From the NCBI RefSeq assembly GCF_011386835.1, contig NC_088794.1, forward strand, positions 23,622,001 through 23,686,000: 64,000 nt of DNA, read 5' to 3'. The position numbers and the translations under genes were made by a program. Below are positions 37,000-48,935 of the stretch, piece after piece. The notes beneath the pieces are model-generated. The model was given only the letters and a program-made list of their open reading frames with translations, made no database searches and had not been told where the DNA came from. Source of the DNA: Chrysemys picta bellii (lineage: Eukaryota). Numbering within the stretch: the stretch's first letter is position 1; every line of letters begins with the position of its first letter.

Positions 37000-37387
37000 G
37001 CGATTCCAAAAACATTGTGTGTGTGGGAGGTGGCATGTGTGTCATTTTGGGTTGCCCCAAAACCAAATTTTTTTAAAAATTTCAGCAAATCGTATAGTTG
37101 GGGGAAAAAAATGGTTTGGGGCCAAACCGAACTTTTTTTCCTGGTTTTTAATAAAATGGAAGGAAAAGTCAAGACCAAGAATCATGCTGAGGCTGAAAAA
37201 TCCAAATGTTCCCATTCTGATAATGTCAAAATGGAACATTTCGACTCCTCGGAATTTTTGCTGGTTTCTCCCTAAAGGAGCAATTCAGCGAAAACGGGAC
37301 CAAGTGGCAAAACGCTTCAGTGTCGCCAAATCCACATTTTTTTTTTTGCCAAAAAAAGTTTTAGATGAAAAAGTTTCATCCTGCTCC
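37000..37387. mobile_element. AT-rich non-autonomous DNA-transposon-like repeat
   Basis: Runs of aaaa/tttt with tttcga-type motifs, ending gtttcatcctgctc. Related pieces near 8040-8130 and 62170-62350. No TSD verified. Confidence 0.4.
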
Positions 37388-37429
37388 ACCAAGACCCAAC
37401 ATTATGAGTGTCAGCATCCCCAACCTGTA

Positions 37430-37640
37430 AGATATCTACCTGGCCCTCATCACTGTCACATCAGAGCATCTCCCAACCTTCAATGCATTTATCTCACACT
37501 GCCTCTGTGAGATAGAGCAATGTATTATCCCCCATTGGAGAGAGAGGCTAGGGGACTTTTGCTCAAGGTTACACAGGGAGCCATGGGGAAGCAAGGAACT
37601 GAATCCAGGTCTTTCCATCCTAGGCTAGCGCTCTAACAAC
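37430..37640 (-). mobile_element. MIR-like SINE
   Basis: tattatccccca..gacttttgctcaaggttacacagggagcc..ggaactgaatccaggtct..ctagcgctctaac. Confidence 0.6.
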
Positions 37641-38338
37641 TCAACCATCCTTCCCCTGAAGGTGTCATCTCACCCATAGACTTCAATATGCCCTTGGCAC
37701 TTAGTGGCCATGGGCTGCTCAGACTCAGTACATTCACAGTGGGCCCATCCTATCTCACACATCCCCAGGATCTCAGGATCCGGATGAGTTTCTGAGCAGT
37801 GGAGTCTGGGCTCCCAGCCTTTCCCCCCACCCTCCAGCATCTGCCTCCCAGCAGCAGCCTCATCTTCCATCCATCAACTTGGAGCTCATTGTGCATTGTG
37901 CCTCGTTCCTGATCCCACGAGCAGGAGCCAGCACAAAACCCTGGTGCTCAGAGAGCCTCTTGTCTCTGCTTTTGTCTCTCCAGATCAAAACCCAGCCAGA
38001 CGGAAACAAGAGCATCCCTCTTCCCAAGGGGGAGGCTGCGGGAGCAGGGGCGAGGAAAAGAAAGAAAATGCCCTGGTTAAACCTGCTCTGCTGCTTCCAG
38101 GGTTCAGCCTCAGACTTTGAGATTCACCCACTGACACCGGGCTGGTCTAGCTTCCCAAAGTGGGTTTGGGAAACAGCACTAGCAGAATTCACACCAGTCC
38201 ACTCCAGGATTGCCTCATCCAGGCCAGGACTTAAGGAGCTCCTGTGTAGTGAGGCCCAGGCTAGGAGCTAGATAGAGCCTGAGTCTGTCTGTGTCCTGTA
38301 GCCTCAATAAACAATCCCCTTTATATTCATTAGCAGGG

Positions 38339-38892
38339 AGACCTGTGTCTTCTCAGCTGCAAGTCGTGTCATAGATGCATATACAAACAGGGCAGTACAC
38401 CTGCCCACACACGCAGTTCCCATGTGCAATATGGGTGCCTGCACGACAAGGGAATCACAGCTATGTACAGAGACACCACAGCATCTCTGGGGATTGAACC
38501 CTGGTTCTTCACGGGCAAGCAGGGCCAGCTCCAGGGTTTTTGCCACCCCAAGCGGCGGAAAAAAAAAAAGCCGCGATCGCGATCGGCAGCAGCTCCAACA
38601 CGCCGCTTTCTTCTTCGGCGGCAGGTCCTTCCCTCCAAGAGGGACAGGGACCCTCCGCCAAATTGCCGCTGAAGAGCCCGACGTGCCGCCCCTTCCCCTT
38701 GGCCCCCCCAAGCACCTGCTTGCTCAGCTGGTGCCTGGAGCCGGCCCTGCGGGCAAGTCCCTACCACTGCAGTCAAAAGAGTACCTTCCCTAGCTGTGAG
38801 TACATAGCAGGTTGTTATAGCCAGAGGGGCCAGGCACGACAACACAAACTGTACAAGTGTATTACACCCGCGGACATCTACAGACATGCCAC
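38339..38892. mobile_element. Degenerate Harbinger-like element hosting a hAT MITE
   Basis: Degenerate termini gacctgtgtcttc.. / ..tacagacatgcc. Host sequence is continuous across the hAT TSD. Confidence 0.35.
38520..38749. mobile_element. hAT MITE (CAGGGCCGGCT TIR family, short form)
   Basis: TIRs cagggccagctcc / ggagccggccctg. Perfect 8-bp TSD cgggcaag at 38512-38519 and 38750-38757. Confidence 0.92.
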
Positions 38893-41063
38893 ATGCACAC
38901 ACAGTACATACACAAGGTGGAAACCCAAATCCTCACATGGTTCCCATATGGAATATGGATGGTCAGAAGGAAGATCAATGGGTATACGCCAAGATAACCT
39001 TTGACCTCAACACAGCTGGATTTAAACCTGACTTTGATCACAAACTTCAGTGACCTCAACCTAGCTCCTAGGAGTCCCTTGTTCACACCTCAAACTGAGC
39101 AGGATTTGCTACGTACAGCTGGTGTTCTCTATACGAGTGGCCCAGGACTGCAATAGCAGAGGGTGCTGCAGGTCAAGATTAAGGTGCACTGGGAAAGTTG
39201 GGGAGCAGGGGTCCTCAGTACTGGTGTAGCAGAGAGTACTCAGAGCTAGGATTGAAGTGCATGGCAGGACTGCAGAGGAGTTTGCAGAGCTATGCCTCCC
39301 TTTAGGCAAAATGCCATGAGTCAAGTCCCTCTTTTGGAGAATTTGGTCTGCAGATTTTGGTTTAGCCTGTTACTAAACTGAGCCCAGGAAATGCCTGTTG
39401 ATCTGCAAGCTACAAACTGTAAGCTCTAGTTTAAATTACTGAGCAAACCAACGGAGGGACTTTTCCTCTATAGCCTGCTTTGGATGGGGGTGTGGGAGGG
39501 AGGGAAATAAGATTCCAGTTCCCAAATGACAGTTTCATAACAATTCTTCTGCCCCGTTTTTTTCTTTCCCCTTTTTGATCTCTTGTTCTATAATAGCCTA
39601 ACTCCCGACATCAGCTATTTTCTCAGATGAAAGACAAAAGTGCTTTTAGATACATAAAAGCAACCGCAGGCAGGGAATTCAAAGTTTTTAAAAGAAAAAG
39701 AACGAAGGGGGAAAGACAATTCTACTGCAAATAGAAGCAGCACCTCCTGAGACCCCAAAAAACCTGAAACACACCAGTGTCTGAAATGCAGCCTGTCTCA
39801 CAACATGACCGAACGCTGATCCTCCTGAACGGCTGTCCCAGCGTCAGAAAGGGCTGACACTCCTTTCCTCTCCTAGTTTCTCAGCAGCCACACGATTCCC
39901 TATTCCCCTGGAAGCCAGAAGAGAGATGTGGGGGAAACCCCATTCAGTTCCCATTAAGAGCAGAGGATGCATAAAGGAGGCCTTGCAGCTGTTGCCGCCC
40001 CCATCCTCCGCTTATCTTTATTAAACAGAGATATTGATGAGCAGGTTCCATGAGGAGAATTCCCGATCACCTCCCCTCCCCGTTCCGCACTCCTGAGGGA
40101 CAGAGGTGTCGGGTAATCAACAACTGACCAGATGCCATCCACTCCCAGGGCCAGATACCCAGGTGGGGTGTGAGGAATTCCACTAAAGTCAACGGCACAA
40201 ATGTTCAGTAACACCAAGGCCCCTTTATGCTGGTAGCTGGGGGCCTCCCTGGCTGATATATTGCTGGCATAAGAGATCGACAGTGGCCCTGATTCCAGCT
40301 CCTAGCATAGATAGCATGTCAGGGTGGGAAGAGGGCCTGGCAGGAGAGCACTATTCTTCACTTGCCATGCGGAGCTGTGCAAAGCAGAGTGACCCTAAGG
40401 CTGTACACTGGCCATCCCCAAAAGATGGAGAGCACAAAGACCCCTTTTTCAGCCCTCCCCTCTGCCCCTGTCCCAATCACACGAGTAGAGCTGCTGAGAA
40501 TCAGGCCTCACAGAGTTACACCAACGCCTTCCCCCCTCCCCCCCCTGGTGTGGTCAGTATACACTGAAGTCAACTGAGTTACTCTGGGAACAACTGAATG
40601 GAGAATTGGACCCTCCTTATCTTAATCAGAACAGACCGAAGATTATTACAGAAGGCCCTTTGCCTTGGGAATCCCATCAGATTCAGCTGCAGAGTTAGAT
40701 AGCATGTAGGGAGGCCCGGGGACTGCAAGTCGTCTTTGGCGTGAAGTGGTGGATAACATTTCCTATCAAAGGATCATTGTGATCTACCTTAAAAGCTGCC
40801 TCTCCCTCCTGACAGTCAAAATGCAAAGGTGCCTTGATTTCTTATGTATTTCATTACTGCCAGTTTATGAGCTAATAGACCGTTTTTATTTAATAACAGT
40901 GGAAGGCACCAATTTAACTGAATCAATTTCAGATTGAAGAAAATTAGACAAAGACAGCAATTTTCTGTTATCCCACCAGCTGAGGTTTGCAGGGATGGAA
41001 TTCTTGAACTTAAACCATCAATTTGAGCCCCAGCACAATTAGCCAGAGCTGTAATAGCTGCAA

Positions 41064-41084
41064 ACACACACACACACACACACA
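41064..41084. repeat. (AC)n microsatellite
   Basis: Direct observation. Confidence 0.95.
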
Positions 41085-41313
41085 AAGTTCTAAAGCGAAA
41101 TTTCAGGACCAGATGCCACAGCAGCTAGAGGGAAAGTCTCCCTATAGAACAGGATCTGGAGTCATGGAGACCCTGAGGCCTGTCATCCTCATTATGAACA
41201 GTGGTCAAGCGACCCATCTTATTTCCGTGACTCATTTGGAGGATTTTGTGGAGTCTTGATCTCGTCTGATCAATACTGTGATAGCAACTCCTAAAAAACC
41301 TAGCCAGAGAATC

Positions 41314-41444
41314 TAGGGCGACCAGATAGCAAGTGTGAAAAATTGGGACGGGGATGGGGGGGAGGGGGGTAATAGGAGCCTATATAGGAAAAAGCCCCAA
41401 ATATCAGGACTGTCCCTATAAAATTGGGACATCTGGTGATGCTA
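41314..41444. mobile_element. hAT MITE (TAGGGTGACCAGAT-type TIR), 131 bp
   Basis: Termini tagggcgaccagat / atctggtgatgcta. Perfect 8-bp TSD agagaatc at 41306-41313 and 41445-41452. Confidence 0.85.
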
Positions 41445-42885
41445 AGAGAATCCCAAGGATGTCTTGTTTCCTTAATAGAATCCCAAAATATTGTAATGAT
41501 TAGTGTAGACAGCACCTCCACTGGTAGATGGTGCTATACCTCTATGAGCTGAGGGGTGAAAACATTATCTTACGCTGTTGTCTTGTATGCAAAACACAAA
41601 ATTTCCAGTAAGTTCTTGGAATGTCCTGGGAACAATGTTTCGTTCCAGAAAGTGGAGGAAGAAGCCAAGATTTGATTCTGACCAACAGGGTTGGATTGGT
41701 AGTGTAACTGAAGTTGGCAGGCAACTTGGGTGAAACTGATCATTAAATGCAAAGGAATTCTAAGGCAAGGAAGGAGTGAGAGCAACAGAACAAGGAAAAT
41801 GGACTTCAAAAAAGCCGACTTTAACAAATGCGGAGAACTGGTAGGTCAGGTCCTGTGGGAAGAAAATCGAAGGGAAAAGGGAGTTCAGGAGAGCTGGCTG
41901 TTTCTCAAGGAGACAACACAACTGCAAACTATCCCAACGCAAAGGAAAGACAAGAACAATAGTAAGAGGCCAACATGTCTCCATCAGGAGCTTTTTAATT
42001 ACCCGAAACTCAAAAAGGAATCTACAAATAGTGGAAATATGGACAGATTGCTAAGGAAGGGTACAAACGAATAGCGTAAACATGTAGGAACAAAATCAGA
42101 AAGGCTAAGGCACAAAATGAGTTACACCTAGCAATGGACATAAAAGGCTGTAAGAAGTTATTTAAATACATTAGTATCAAAAGAAAGACAAATGAAAGCG
42201 TAGGTCCTCTTAGCAGGGAATGAGAGATAATAACTGATGACATGAAGAAAGCTGAGGTATTTAATGCCTATTTTGATTCAGCCTTCACTAAAAAGGTAAA
42301 TGGTGACCAGATATTCAACACAATTAATATTAACAAGGGGGAAAGAATGCAAGCCAAAATAGAGAAGAACGGGTTAAAGAATATTTGGATGAGTTAGACA
42401 TATTCAAGTCCACGGGGCCTGATGAAATTCATCCTAGGGTACTTAAGGAACTAGCTGAACCAATCTCAGAACTGTTAGAAATTATCTTTGAGAACTCCTG
42501 GAGGATGGGTGAGATCCCAGAAGATGGGAGAAGGGCAAACATAGACCAATCTTTAAAAAGGGAAACAAAGTGGACCAAAGGCATTATGGACCCGTCAGCC
42601 TAACTTCTATCCTGGAAAGATACTGGAACAAATTATTTAAAAAAATCAATTTGTAAGCACCCAGATGATAATAGGGTTAAAAGGAATAGCTAGCATGGAT
42701 TTGTCAAGAACAAATCATACCAAATCAACCTATTTCCTTCTTTGACAGAGTTCCTGGCCTAGTGGACGCGGGAGAAGTAGATTTGATACATCTTGACTTT
42801 AAGGAGGCTTTTGACACAGTCCCACATGACATTTTCATAAGAAAACTAGGGAAATGTGGTCTAGATTAATTTACTATAAAGGTAG

Positions 42886-43670
42886 TGTAGTGGGGCGGAC
42901 TGCCCCACTCCCTGAGAGTGTGGGCTGCAGCAGGCCAGTGGGCCTGCGCAGATGGACAGCGAATTATAAAAGGGCTTATTGGGAGCCAATCGGGACCCAG
43001 ATTGGAGACAGCCAATCAGGGCCCGGCTCAGCCCTATAAAAAGGCTGCTCAGTGAGGGAGCAGGCAGTCTGTCCCAGGCCTTCCACAAGAGAAGGTCTGT
43101 CTCCAGAGCAGGGAGACTAGCACCGCGGACAGAGCAGTGCTGGCCAGGCTCGGGGAGCAGAAGGGAACTCCAGCCCAGTGTCTGCCAGGCTGCAGGCCCT
43201 GAGGGGAAGAGCCTAGCGGGTGCAAGGGGCTGTAGGAGAAGTGGCCCAGGGAAATGGACAGACGAGGGGAGAGAAGGAGGACAGCGAGGCTGCCGCCAGA
43301 GGGTCCCTGGGATGGGATCCAGAGTAGAGGGCGGGCCTGGGTCCCCCCTCCCTTGCAGTACACCCAGCCATCAGCCGTAGGGAGCAGCCATTCTAGACTA
43401 TGCCAGATCCCTGACAAGCGGGATTAGACTTTGGGCTGTGTGGTTGTACATGGTGGCTGGGGCGCAGAGACTGCTGGTCAACCCCCCCCACCGGAAGGGG
43501 GTGTGGATGGACTGAGGGGCATTGCCAGAGGGCAGTGGTCCAGAAGAGGATGCCGCGAGCTGGTGAGCGACGCAGGCTCAGACGCCAACCAAGGGCGAGA
43601 CACCACCAGAAGAGGGCACTCCACTGGACTGAGCAGGAGGCGCCAGGTGGTGAGTCCCAACACTGTCACA
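42886..43670 (+). mobile_element. Solo LTR (785 bp), probably Gypsy or ERV class
   Basis: TG..CA termini (tgtagtgg..ctgtcaca). Perfect 5-bp TSD ggtag at 42881-42885 and 43671-43675. CCAAT boxes at 42986 and 43012, TATAAAA at 43035. Host CR1 is continuous across it. Confidence 0.85.
43116..43136 (+). promoter_or_regulatory. RE1-like motif inside the solo LTR
   Basis: ACTAGCACCGCGGACAGAGCA. AGCACC and GGACAG cores intact with 2-nt spacer. Mismatches at positions 1-3 and 21. Confidence 0.4.
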
Positions 43671-44989
43671 GGTAGGTACACAACTGGTTGAAAGATCATA
43701 CTCAAAAAGATCAGTTCTCAATGGCTTGTCCAACTGGGAGGATTTATCTGGTGGGGTCCCACGGGGGTCAGTCCTGGGTCCAGCACTAGTCAACATTTTC
43801 ATTAATGACTTGGATAATGGAGTAGAGCGTATGCTTATAAAATGTGCTGACAACACCATGCTGGAAGGGGTTGCAGGCACTTTGGAGGACAGGAGTAGAA
43901 TTCAAAACAACCTTGACAAATTGGAGAATTGGTCTGAATTCAACAAGATGAAATTCAATAAACACACCCACAAAGTACTTCACTTAGGAAGGAAAAATCA
44001 AATGCACAATTCCAAAATGGAGAATAACTGGCTACATAGCAGTCCTGCTGGAAAGGATCTGGGGTGATCGTGGATCACAAATGAATGAGAGTCAACAATG
44101 TGATGCCGCTGTGAAAAAGGCTAATATAATTCTGGGGGTGTACTAACAAAAGTGTTCTATGTAAGACACAGGAGGTAACTGTCCCACTCTACTCAGCACT
44201 GGAGAGGCCTCAGATGGAGTACAGTGTCCAGTTCTGCATGCCACGCTTTAGGAAAGCTGTGGACAAATTGGAGAGAATCTAGAGGAGAGCATTAAAAATG
44301 GTAAAAGGTTTAGAAAACCTGACCTATTGGAAAAAGGCGGGGGATGGTCTTTAGAAGAGACTGAGTGGGAAGCAGACAACAGTCTGCAAATATATTAAGG
44401 GCTGTTATAAAGAGGATGGTGATCAATCTTTGTCCACTGAAAGTAGGACAAGAAGTAATTGGCTTAAGCTGCAGCAAGGGAGACGTAGGCTAATATTAGG
44501 AAAATCTTCCTAACTGTAGGTGTAGCTAAGCTCTGGAATAGGCTTCCAAAGGAAGTTGTGGAATCTCCATCATTAGAGGGTTTTAAGAACAGGCTGGACA
44601 AATACCTGTCAGGGGTGGTCTAGGTTTACCTGGTCCTGTGACCGTGCAGGGAGTTGAACTTGATGACTTCTCGTGGTCCCTTCCAGTCCTACATTTCTAT
44701 GATTTTATGAGGATGTGGATCTGGCCTGGAGTGTTAACAGGAAGTTGAGCCTTGCCTGCATGTGGCAGCGTCCCAGTAAATCCACATGATTCTGTAAGCA
44801 AGTATTACAATATCTATACCATTTAGCTGCAGTTTCCCAGTAGCTTCTGAGGATCAGGAAGCTGCCAATAGCCCCAAAAGGCCAATGAACTAACAGCAAC
44901 TCTACTGCCCTGCTTGTTCCAACCACCCAGTCCAGAAAGAGTCTTCCAGCAATGACAACAAATGCCTCTCCATTAATCTAGAGTCCTTG

Positions 44990-45095
44990 ATCTCATGGGA
45001 TCAATGCAGGAATCATTGGGTGAAGTGCTATGGCCTGTGTAATACAGAAGGTCAGACATGACCATAATGGTCCCTTCTGGTCTTCGAATCTAGGA
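44990..45095 (+). mobile_element. Old CR1 3' UTR remnant
   Basis: tggcctgtgtaatacagaaggtcagacatgaccataatggtcccttctggtcttcgaatcta. Confidence 0.55.
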
Positions 45096-48000
45096 AACTT
45101 AGCCAGGGAGACTGCCACGGTGTATGCAACGATGTGGCTTGGGGGTTCTGTGCCCTGGCTATTCCCTGGATGCTACAAGGTCTGTAGAGACCTCAGACAG
45201 CTGAGTTCAAGTGAGGACAGCTCTTAGGAGCTGGGGTGTCAAACGGCCCAGGAAGTCACTTCTTGCACAGGGCTCTGCACCGGTGCAGGGAAAAATAAGA
45301 CCCCTTCTCTATCTCCTCCCCCTTCCTCCAAGAGGACTCTTCCCTTCTGTTCAATTAACTCTCTCCGCCCCTCCTTGGTTACAACACGTCAGACTACAAT
45401 TATCTTCCCCCCTCAGAAGCGAAGGGGGAGGCGGGAGGAGGAGGTGTACCAGATATGGTTTTAGGAGCAGCTAATTCCTAAACATAATTATTTATTTCAT
45501 GCTTATCTTATACTAACCTCTGGTTCACAGAGAAGATGAGATTGATTTAATTAGAATTTCCATCATCAAGCCATTTGGACTGGAGCTTTTAATTAGAGTA
45601 GCGTAATAAACCGCAGGGGCTGTTGGAACAAGGGTTTCTAATAGATGCCTGCTGGCCTTTTTAATCAGCGCGGGGAGGTAAGGCAGTCTCCTCGCACAGC
45701 CCACTACACCTACCAACTCCCCGCAGGATATGCCAGAGATATGGGGTGGTAAACCTGGCCTTGTGGAGCGCGACAGGCCAGACTGCAGACCCCACTCTTT
45801 CAGGCCACCTTCAGGGAATCCCCATGTGCACGTCTCACCAGTAGATGTTTGGCAATGGCTGTTCCAGTGGCCAGCAGAACCCTTTGAATAAAGGTATCTG
45901 CGGCCCAGGCAGAGCCAGTCTGACCACAGGCTGCAAGCACATACAAGCTTTCTGTCTAAGGATATCACCACCCAAGCGTCTGAGCACCTTCAGCTGGGGC
46001 CACCTTCAGGTCCTGTGACCTGGGCAATGCTGTTGAAGAGCAGGTCAGTCCAGCCCGGTCAACGTTTTTCCATATGACCGCTGATCTTTGGGGGCCCAGC
46101 TTGGGACACCTTAGGGGGCCATTTTTCATAGGTGCTGAGCACCTGTGGCTTCATAGGGAGGTGTGAGTGCCCAGATCTTTCTGAAAATCAGCCCCCTCCC
46201 CCCAGCTGTCTCCAGTTGAACTTCCAAAAATCTAAAGGCACCCAAAAAAAAAATTCAGCGTGCAGTGAATATTTTGCCCCACATGGCCACTGGCCAGTGC
46301 CAGGTGCTTCCGAGAAAGGCATGATAGAAGGGACCTCATTGCTCAGTGCTGGAGGAAGGGCTGGTGGAGGAAGGTTGTTCCTGACCCCACGTGGTGGCCA
46401 GCATCTGCCCAAGACAGATCTCCTCCGGGAACCCCTCCTTGAGGGGATAGAAGCTCTGTGACTATGCATGGGAGCCTCATGTTGCTCTCCCTGCCAGCAT
46501 CATTTCTAATGCACCTGTTCCTGTAGACACTGCTGATGGGCCCACGATCCCCAGCACTGGGTGTCTCCACCCTACAGGCCCTGGCCCACCAGTTGAGCCG
46601 CAAGACCAGAGTGACTTCCACACGCCTTTGTGCCTCCCCCCAGGGGAACCTCCCAGGGCCCAGCCCACCTCAGGAAACTATTATGGGTGGCCAGGGAGAG
46701 TGCCCTGCAGAGACAGGCAAGGGATGTTTATCCACTGAGTCACTCCCCTGAGCCCTCACTGCCATGTAGACATACCCCAGAGCCACTGTCCACACCCACA
46801 GAGCTCCAGGTAGGGTAGGATTCTCAGCAGCCCCTTTTGGGATTAGCTAGGCCACTGAGCCAAGGGGCCATGGCAGCATGGTGAACTGCAGCTGCTGGGC
46901 CACATGCCGGACCTAGGGACCCCTTTCCTGAAACAGCCCCATCTCCCTCCAGCATGCTGGACCTGGGTATCCCCACCAGAGTCTCAACCAGAGAGCAGGC
47001 TACACAGTGGGTACAGCCTTCCTGCAACCGCCCCACTCCACACCTGACTGGACCTACAGGACTCAGGCACGCCTCCCTAGTCACAAAACAGCCTGTTTGC
47101 TGGTGCCACCCTTCACAAACGCTCCCTTCCCAACCCACCCTCCTCGATTACTTCTGACACTTCACCTGCCAGATCAGGAGCATCCCCAAAGCAGGGAGCG
47201 GAGCTTTCAATCTCCTCTCAGAAAGAGGCGCAGGTCCTGGTGTCTAGCCTGAGGAGGGGGAGGACCAGTTAGATGTCCTTACCCTCTGGGGAAAGGCAGG
47301 ATCGTCCATGACCTGAGGACAGTGTAGGCCATAAGAACCCAGCGACACCGGTGTAAATCCAGAGCAACTCCATTGGATTCAGTAGAGTCATTCCAGCTGG
47401 GGGGGGGGGGGAGAAGAGGTCAGAATCTGGTCTCCTAAACCTTGACAGGCCCTCAATTCACCCCCCTGCACGAGAAAAGCCGGACGCATACATTAATGCC
47501 CACAGACCAGCTGCTGCTGAGTTACTCCCAATTGACACTAGTGTAATTGACAGCCGAACCTGGCCCTGAGTAAAGGTGGAATTATGTTTTCTGCCAGGGA
47601 GCCCAGATGTTTTCAACGATGGGCTATTGAATGAATATAGGCCTGATCCTGCCATCCCTTACTCGACCGAGTAGCCTTTACTCACCCAGGTTAGTCCTGT
47701 TGACTTTAATAAGGCTGCTCTCACGAGCAAGGGCTGCGCACAAGAGTCAGTGCTTGCAGGATTGGGCCTTAATTCCACACAAAACCACTTTATTCACTCC
47801 CTTCGCTCAAGCATTAGGAACCAGATTTATCCCTGGTGCAAATGCCAGCGAAATCAATGAAGTTACAGCAGGGATGATTCTGGCCCCCCTATGTGTTTTC
47901 TTAGAAGTAAAAGAGATGGGGGGGCAGAGGGGAAGGGAGATAAGGTGAGGCGACTGGGGAAGAATAGACAGCTCAGACTCTGCCACTGAATCGAAAAGGC

Positions 48001-48719
48001 TAACAAAAGGATCAGGGAGTTTTGATGCAAGCTCAGAGGAATTACTGAAGATAAGAGAAGCAGAGAGAGCGAGCGCGCACGGGAGAGAGAGAAAGAGAGG
48101 AAACAAGATTCTCAAATCAGCACTTGTCCTATTTCATAAGCGAAATGTAGATCAATAAATTACACTCACTTTTCGAGGTTTAACATGCTGACTCCATAAC
48201 CTTGTCAAGCGTGATACATCAGCCAAGGAAAGGGGGATGCCAAGCCAGGAAAGGGAGCCGAGCCAGAGAAGAAACACATGGGCAGGGCGTAAGGCAAGGT
48301 AGGAAGGCAGCTGTCACCTCCTTCCACCCTTCCCATTCTCCAGGGGAGAGTCAGGCGTCTTAATCTGTTTTTCTCTCTCTCTCTCTCCTCTCTTACCCTG
48401 CAGCTCTCTCCAGGCCCCTTTTGCTTTTTATCTCCCCCTCTGGCTCTTCTAATACGTCTGGTCCTCCTCCTTATCGGACTCCTCGCAGGTGAGCAAAGGG
48501 AAATTGCTAACCTCTAGGCCTGGCACCCCACCAAGATCCAGGGAGGCGGTGGGGAGAGAACCCCCATGCATCACATCGGCCACCCTGTGCAAAGGGAGAT
48601 ACCCGGGGCCTGATCTGCAATAAAGGTGAGCCCTCTGCAGCTCCACAGACTTCAGCCCTCGGTGCCTCTGAAAGAATCAGACGCCCAAAGCTATTGTGGT
48701 AGTTTTGAAGGCAATTAGG

Positions 48720-48935
48720 GACTGTGGAGTGCAGTTAGGGCAGCACAAGATCAATTCCCAGCTCTGCCACCGACTGCCTGTGTGACCTTGGACAAGTCAC
48801 TCAGTCTCTCGGTGCCTCAGTTCCCCAGCTGCACAATGGGGACAGCTCTGCCCTGCATCACAGGGGGCTTTGGTGAGGAGAAGTAGTGTTAAAGATAATG
48901 AGAGGCCCAGATACTGTGGTAATGGGGAAGTCATA
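48720..48935 (+). mobile_element. MIR-like SINE
   Basis: caattcccagctctgccaccgactgcctgtgtgaccttggacaagtcac..gtgcctcagttcccca..aatgggga. Confidence 0.65.

Larger units (their letters stand above)
41595..44704 (+). mobile_element. Old degenerate CR1 LINE (ORF2 from endonuclease C-terminus to 3' UTR), interrupted by a solo LTR
   Basis: ORF pieces DFKKADFNK, GPDEIHPRVLKELA and [21 protein letters not shown]. 3' end ggtcccttccagtcctacatttctatgatt. Many frameshifts. Left end approximate. Confidence 0.9.

Noticed and set aside
41258-41271. 14-nt exact match to 5S rRNA (gatctcgtctgatc)
   Set aside because: No flanking 5S similarity. Too short to call a gene or a SINE head.
42979-43417. ORFs within the solo LTR
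   Set aside because: No gag/pol/env similarity recognised. The element has LTR termini and a TSD, consistent with non-coding DNA.
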